Origin: Abditibacteriaceae bacterium
GTDB taxonomy: Bacteria; Armatimonadota; Abditibacteriia; Abditibacteriales; Abditibacteriaceae
Assembly (NCBI GenBank): GCA_031425655.1
Contig: JANPJS010000024.1
Location: forward strand, 1 to 21,340
Direction: 5' to 3'
DNA length: 21,340 nucleotides
The first letter of the stretch is position 1; every line of letters starts with the position of its first letter. The notes beneath the pieces are model-generated. The model was not told the DNA's origin and made no database searches. It saw only the letters and a program-made list of their open reading frames with translations. Positions 16,447-21,340 of the stretch are shown piece after piece. The position numbers were made by a program, and so were the translations under genes.

Positions 16447-17871
16447 TCAGCGCCCGTAAACGTCTTCGGTGCGCACGATGTCGTCTTCGCCTAAATACGG
16501 CCCCGACTGCACCTCGATGAGGTGCAACGGAATACGTCCGGGATTGTGCAGGCGGTGCATAGCGCCCAAAGGAATATAAATAGATTCGTTTTCCGAGAGC
16601 AATCGCACGGTATCGTCAACCGTCACTTCCGCCGTGCCGCTGACCACGACCCAGTGTTCGGAGCGATGATGGTGCATTTGCAGCGAAAGTTTTTCGCCCG
16701 GCTTGACCGTGATGCGCTTGACTTGAAAGCGTTCGCCGGCTTCGACGCCTTCGTAACTGCCCCACGGACGATAAACCAAACGGTGATCCTGATGTTCGCC
16801 GCGCTTTTCTTTTTGCAGCCATTCCACAACTTTTTTCACGTCCTGCGACTTGTCTTTGCGCGCGACGAGAACGGCGTCGGTGGTCTCGATGATGATTAAA
16901 TCCTCGACGCCCACAGCGGCCACAAAACGGCGGTCGGCGTTGATGTAGCAGTTGCGCGTGTCGTGCAAAAAGGTCTCGCCGCGCGCGACGTTGCCGTTGG
17001 CGTCTTTGGCTTGATGATCCCACAAGGCCGACCACGAGCCAACGTCGCTCCAACCGATGTCGGCGGGCACAACCGCCGCGTGCGCGGTTCGTTCCATGAC
17101 CGCGTAATCAATCGAGAGCGCCGGACACGCGCCGAAGGCTTTTTCTTCGAGCCGGTAAAAGTCCAAATCCTGATAAGCGTTAGTCAGCGAGGCGCGGCAG
17201 GCGGCAAGAATTTCGGGCGCGAACTGCTCCAATTCGCGCAGCAACATTTGCACTGGGAACACGAACATTCCGCTGTTCCAATAATAGTTACCCGATGCAA
17301 GATAGCTCTGCGCCGTCGCCAAATTGGGCTTTTCAACGAATTTGGCGACTGTGTAAGCACCCGAATCTTCATCGGAAGCGGACGGCAGCGCATCGCCGCG
17401 TTCGATATAGCCGTAGCCGGTTTCGGGCTGCGAAGGCACGATGCCGAAGGTGGCTAAATGGCCTTGCTCTGCGACTTTCGCGGCTTGTTTTACGCATTGC
17501 TGAAACGCCGGCACGTCGGCGATAACGTGGTCGGAGGACAGCACCAAAAGCAGCGCGTCCGGGTCGAGTTCGGCCAAATAAAGCGCGGCGACAGCAATCG
17601 CGGGCGCGGTATTGCGTCCGACGGGTTCCAGCATCAGAACTTGCGGCGCGATTTCGATTTCGCGCATCTGCTCGGCCACTAAAAAGCGGTGTTCGTGGTT
17701 GCAAACCATGACCGGAGGCGCCAAGTCGGGCAATCCGGGCAAGCGCAACAGGGTTTCCTGAAGCAGGCTAAGCTCCGAAGTGAGTGCCAATAATTGTTTG
17801 GGAAACGCGGTGCGCGACAAAGGCCACAAACGCGAACCGCTGCCGCCGCTGAGAATGACGGGATGAAGCAT
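16447..17871 (-). CDS. manC: Mannose-1-phosphate guanylyltransferase / mannose-6-phosphate isomerase (type II PMI-GMP)
   Basis: PVILSGGSGSRLWPLSR, EPVGRNTAPA, FVEKP, WNSGMF, SIDYAVME, WSDVGSW, and cupin RPWG...LSLQMHHHRSEHWVVV...EVQSGPYLGEDDIVR motifs. Confidence 0.96.
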   Translation of the reverse strand: MLHPVILSGGSGSRLWPLSRTAFPKQLLALTSELSLLQETLLRLPGLPDLAPPVMVCNHEHRFLVAEQMREIEIAPQVLMLEPVGRNTAPAIAVAALYLAELDPDALLLVLSSDHVIADVPAFQQCVKQAAKVAEQGHLATFGIVPSQPETGYGYIERGDALPSASDEDSGAYTVAKFVEKPNLATAQSYLASGNYYWNSGMFVFPVQMLLRELEQFAPEILAACRASLTNAYQDLDFYRLEEKAFGACPALSIDYAVMERTAHAAVVPADIGWSDVGSWSALWDHQAKDANGNVARGETFLHDTRNCYINADRRFVAAVGVEDLIIIETTDAVLVARKDKSQDVKKVVEWLQKEKRGEHQDHRLVYRPWGSYEGVEAGERFQVKRITVKPGEKLSLQMHHHRSEHWVVVSGTAEVTVDDTVRLLSENESIYIPLGAMHRLHNPGRIPLHLIEVQSGPYLGEDDIVRTEDVYGR

Positions 17872-17882
17872 AAAAATCTCCG

Positions 17883-19382
17883 TTATGAATTGAGGGAATT
17901 TGTGGATGTTGCGAGTCCCGCGCTCGCTGTTCGCGCTTTGAATTTCGCTTCCAAAGCGTCGGCTTCGAGCATCACTTGCTCAGCCAGTTTGGCGCGGCGT
18001 TCCAAGCGATGCAGGGCATCGTAGGCGGCGTATTTGTAAACGTCGCTGAGCGTTGGATAATTGAAAACCGCTTGCAGAAACACGTCCATCGCGCCTTCTT
18101 GCAGCATGACCATCATGCCGATGTGAATCAATTCCGAGGCGTTTTCGCCGATAATGTGGATGCCGAGCAGCTTCCGGTCTTCGGGAGCGATGATGAGTTT
18201 GAGCATTCCCGATGTGTCGCCGATAATTTGCCCTCGCGTGTTGTTGCGATAATAAGCGCGCCCGACTTCGTAGTCAATGTCTTTGGTCAAACAGTCTTCT
18301 TCGGTCAGGCCGATGAGCGAAGTTTCGGGAATGGTATAGATGCCGTAAGGCAGAATCGGCGCCAATTTCGATTTGAGTTTCGGGTTGAAAGCGTTGACCA
18401 TCGCCACGCGCGCCTGCTCCATCGAAGTGGACGCCAGAGCCGGAAAACCGATAACATCGCCCGCCGCGTAGATGTTCGGCACATTGGTGCAATAGTTTTC
18501 GTCCACGACGATAATGCCGCGATGGCCGGTTTGGATGCCGGCGTTTTCGAGTTGCAATTCCTGCGTGTTGCTTTGCCGTCCGGCGGCGTAAAGCACTTTT
18601 TCGGCGCAGACGCTGCGCCCGCTTTTCAACTTGACCGTTACGCTGTTTTCGCCGGGCGTGATGCAATCCACTTCGACGCCAAGCTGCAAATTGATGCGCC
18701 AGCGATTGCGCATCTGTCGCATGAGAATATCCACGATTTCGCGGTCGAGATTGCCCAAAAGCTCGGTTCGACCGTCAATTAACGTCACTTCGATGCCCAA
18801 AGCGGCGAAAATCGAGGCGTATTCGCAGCCGATGACGCCCGCGCCGATGACCGCCAGAGATTTCGGAATGCGGTCGAGACTGAGAATCGAATCGCTGTCG
18901 TAGATATTCGGGTCGTCGAAGGGCACGGTTTCGGGGCGATGCGGCGAGGAGCCGGTGGCGATAAGAATGACTTCGCTATAAAGCGCGATGTCGTGGCCCG
19001 AAGTGTCCACGAGAATCTCGTGCGGCGACACAAAGCGCGCCGTGCCGCGATAGCGATCCACGTTGTTCCAGCGCAGGTTTTCTTCGATTAAATCCCATTC
19101 TTTTTCAACGACTTCGCGCTGTCTTTCCATGAAATCGCCGACCGAAATGCCCTGACGCATGGACATATTGACGCCGTGCAAGCCGCGCTGCTTGAAGCCC
19201 GAAAGGTGCAGCGCCGATTCGCGCAGCGTTTTGCTGGGAACGGTTCCGGTATTGACGCCCGCGCCGCCCGGCACCACTTCGCGCTCGATCAGCGCCACGC
19301 TTTTCCCAAAATGCGCCGCCTGCGCCGCGCCTTTTTCGCCCGCCGGCCCGCTGCCGATGACCACCAAATCGTAGCTTCGCAT
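17883..19382 (-). CDS. sthA: Soluble (Si-specific) pyridine nucleotide transhydrogenase
   Basis: GSGPAGEKGA FAD site, GTVPSKTLRE, GAGVIGCEYASIF, YAAGDVIGFPALASTSMEQAR, GIYTIPE and FNYPTL motifs; no redox CxxxxC disulfide. Confidence 0.92.
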   Translation of the reverse strand: MRSYDLVVIGSGPAGEKGAAQAAHFGKSVALIEREVVPGGAGVNTGTVPSKTLRESALHLSGFKQRGLHGVNMSMRQGISVGDFMERQREVVEKEWDLIEENLRWNNVDRYRGTARFVSPHEILVDTSGHDIALYSEVILIATGSSPHRPETVPFDDPNIYDSDSILSLDRIPKSLAVIGAGVIGCEYASIFAALGIEVTLIDGRTELLGNLDREIVDILMRQMRNRWRINLQLGVEVDCITPGENSVTVKLKSGRSVCAEKVLYAAGRQSNTQELQLENAGIQTGHRGIIVVDENYCTNVPNIYAAGDVIGFPALASTSMEQARVAMVNAFNPKLKSKLAPILPYGIYTIPETSLIGLTEEDCLTKDIDYEVGRAYYRNNTRGQIIGDTSGMLKLIIAPEDRKLLGIHIIGENASELIHIGMMVMLQEGAMDVFLQAVFNYPTLSDVYKYAAYDALHRLERRAKLAEQVMLEADALEAKFKARTASAGLATSTNSLNS

Positions 19383-19435
19383 GAAATTTCCTCTGTGCCT
19401 CCAGTATGCCTATACTTTAGCTTCAAGGTGAGGCT

Positions 19436-20293
19436 ATGAAACGCTGTGTATTGGTCATTTTTCTGTTCTGTGCTGCCGCGCACGCCGCCGAAGCAAAATC
19501 CGTTGATAAAAACGTCATAGCACCGATTCCCGAACTGGTGCCGCTGCTTAAGCCTGAAATCAAAAGCAAAATTTTCGTTTGGCGCTGGATTGAGCCTGCG
19601 TTAATGGCTCACTGGCTCGACCCCGAAAAATATGTGGCGCCCGAAGGCATGAATGTGCCCGCTTTGCTGCGCGTGATGCCTCCCAAACTCGAATCGTGGA
19701 AGACACTGGCGGGGCAAAAAGCCATCGAAGCGCGCGGCACATCGGAGGCTTTGCAGGAGTTCCGGCAACTGATAGCATATTTCGATCAGCCGCTAAAATC
19801 GGTTGATATGGGTATTGCGTTTTATAAAGTCAGGCGTTATGCGCTGGATAAAAGAACGCTGTCATCTTGGACGGCGCAGATGCCGTCCGGGCCGATTATG
19901 GCATACGGAACTCCAAAATTGCTTGACAGACTGCAATCTCTGGTGCGCGAAGGTTGGGCCGCGAAATTCGATTTTTCGCAGCGCATCATCAATAATGCGT
20001 CGGCTACGATTGAATGGAAGGAAGGCCGCCGCCTCATCACAAGGTATGGCAGCAGCATCTTCAATTTGAACCTCACCGCATCTTACAAAATAACTCTTGC
20101 TCCCACGATCAACTACGATGGAACCATGACTTTGCTCATGCGAACGCAGAACGACTCGGTGGCGGTTACGCGTTACGGCGATTCGCTACTGGTTGAAGCG
20201 GGCGCGACGCCCAAAACCGATGCCTACCACTACTTCTGGCTACTGACACCGCGCCGTGCGCCTTTGGAAAAGTTAGGTGTTCCTCTTAAATGA
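19436..20293 (+). CDS. Hypothetical exported protein with weak secretin (GspD/PilQ)-like segments
   Basis: Signal peptide MKRCVLVIFLFCAAAHA and GAGG RBS. ARGTSEALQEFRQLIAYFDQPLKSV resembles the secretin N3-to-barrel junction; LAPTINYDGTMTL and terminal WLLTPR resemble secretin strands. The CDS is solid; the function is weakly supported. Confidence 0.6.
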   Translation: MKRCVLVIFLFCAAAHAAEAKSVDKNVIAPIPELVPLLKPEIKSKIFVWRWIEPALMAHWLDPEKYVAPEGMNVPALLRVMPPKLESWKTLAGQKAIEARGTSEALQEFRQLIAYFDQPLKSVDMGIAFYKVRRYALDKRTLSSWTAQMPSGPIMAYGTPKLLDRLQSLVREGWAAKFDFSQRIINNASATIEWKEGRRLITRYGSSIFNLNLTASYKITLAPTINYDGTMTLLMRTQNDSVAVTRYGDSLLVEAGATPKTDAYHYFWLLTPRRAPLEKLGVPLK

Positions 20294-21219
20294 AGTTTCG
20301 TTTTGTCGCTTCGTGCGCCGTTGCGTTAGTTCCCTTCGTCGCCCTCGCCGGATGCTCACCGCAAGCTCTTAAAAACGCCGTCAAAGACGCCGTTGTCAAA
20401 AGGAAGGCTGCCATTCCTCCGCGCGCCTTGCCAACTCGCCTCGAATGGCGCTCGCAGCCGGAGGTGCCTCGCGCCGGGCTGCCTGCCATCTGGAGCCTGA
20501 AAGTGCTTGATTTAACGACCAAGAAGGACAAACCCAAAGGCGTGCGCTCGTATGAAACGCCGCGTGTGATGCCTATGCACTTGTTTGTGGTATCGCGCGA
20601 TTTGTCGCGCTTTGTGCATTATTATCCAAACCTGCGCGATTACGGCAATTTCCTGCTGCGCCCAGTCATCCCCGAACCCGGCGCTTATCAACTCTTCGTG
20701 GATTATGTGCCGATTGGCTTACTAACGGAGGTGCCCGGTTTTCCGACCGTGCAATCGCAGCGATTTTTAGTGGCCGGCGATAAACCAGCGCCTGCGCCGC
20801 AAAAACTGATGCCGGACAAGCCTCAGAACGGCTGGCTGGTGCAGCGCGTGCAAAGCCGCGTCGAGCAGGAATGGGCGCCCGCCGCCGACGCGCCCTTCTA
20901 CGAAGTGCAACTGCAAGACGCCGCATGGCAGGCCAAACGTGAACTCACATTGCGTGCGCGTGTGTTGGATGCCGCCAAGTCTCCGGTGCCGAATCTTGGA
21001 TTGCACTTAAAAGGCGTGGCGTATGGCGTCGCTATTTCGCAGGATGGACAGCAATTTGTGCGCTTGGAAGCGGCCAAAGAGCAGGCGTCCGGCGAAATTA
21101 TCTTCAAAGGCACGTTTCCCGTAGCCGGAATTTACAAAATCTGGCTCGAATTCAATCACAATAACCAACTTATTCTCGCGCCATTTACCGTGCGCGTTGC
21201 GCCGAAACGGTCGAATTAA
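20290..21219 (+). CDS. Putative lipoprotein with two duplicated beta-sandwich modules (MHLxxVSRDL family, often annotated as heavy-metal-associated secreted protein)
   Basis: Lipobox LAGC; MHLFVVSRDLSRFVHYYP...PEPGAYQLFVDY and a second module VAISQDGQQFV...FPVAGIYKIWLEF. ATGA overlap with the upstream gene. Confidence 0.7.
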   Translation: MKFRFVASCAVALVPFVALAGCSPQALKNAVKDAVVKRKAAIPPRALPTRLEWRSQPEVPRAGLPAIWSLKVLDLTTKKDKPKGVRSYETPRVMPMHLFVVSRDLSRFVHYYPNLRDYGNFLLRPVIPEPGAYQLFVDYVPIGLLTEVPGFPTVQSQRFLVAGDKPAPAPQKLMPDKPQNGWLVQRVQSRVEQEWAPAADAPFYEVQLQDAAWQAKRELTLRARVLDAAKSPVPNLGLHLKGVAYGVAISQDGQQFVRLEAAKEQASGEIIFKGTFPVAGIYKIWLEFNHNNQLILAPFTVRVAPKRSN

Positions 21220-21247
21220 CCACGGATGAACACGGATTAACACAGAT
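21218..21247. repeat. Left arm of 10-bp-unit palindromic element (copy 3)
   Basis: AACCACGGATGAACACGGATTAACACAGAT overlaps the stop codon of the upstream gene. The right arm is not within the window. Confidence 0.85.
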
Positions 21248-21335
21248 AATTAAGATAAGTTGCTACCTGCTTAGCCGGGCGGCTTCAGCCGCCCGGCACC
21301 AAAAAGCGCCGATAGGTAGCAACTTGGGTTAATTA
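21247..21335. mobile_element. Small MITE-like unit: terminal inverted repeats enclosing a GC hairpin
   Basis: AAGTTGCTACCT (21257-21268) / AGGTAGCAACTT (21314-21325) is a perfect 12-bp IR, extended by TAATTAA/TTAATTA. Inner perfect stem GCCGGGCGGC-TTCA-GCCGCCCGGC (21274-21297). The window ends in TAACCCA, the reverse complement of TGGGTTA, suggesting a second unit starts there. Confidence 0.6.
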
Positions 21336-21340
21336 ACCCA

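Overview
GC-rich bacterial chromosomal segment. The gene style suggests Armatimonadota/Abditibacteriota, but that is an impression only. It holds 15 credible CDSs. Left to right: a secreted GH13 alpha-amylase divergent from two large Calx-beta surface proteins; a minus-strand cluster of two Gfo/Idh/MocA oxidoreductases and a TIM-barrel sugar isomerase; a DUF6766-like membrane protein; yqgF(ruvX)-mltG-GNAT; an orphan secreted-protein gene; sthA-manC-manB on the minus strand; and two exported hypothetical proteins. The most notable structure is at 13951-15013. The last ~100 bp of the phosphomannomutase gene occur twice (79/101 identical by manual ungapped count, 962 bp apart). Between the copies lies what looks like an integrase-less integron piece: an attI-like site, one gene with atypical codons, and an attC cut off where the second manB 3' end begins. 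The spacers also carry several palindromic repeat families, including three copies of an element whose arms are 10-bp tandem units, and a nested TIR/hairpin element at the window end. Both Calx-beta proteins end in the same non-Calx tail (AAxLxFxDEPSx), a candidate sorting signal. All family assignments come from motif recognition; no searches were run.
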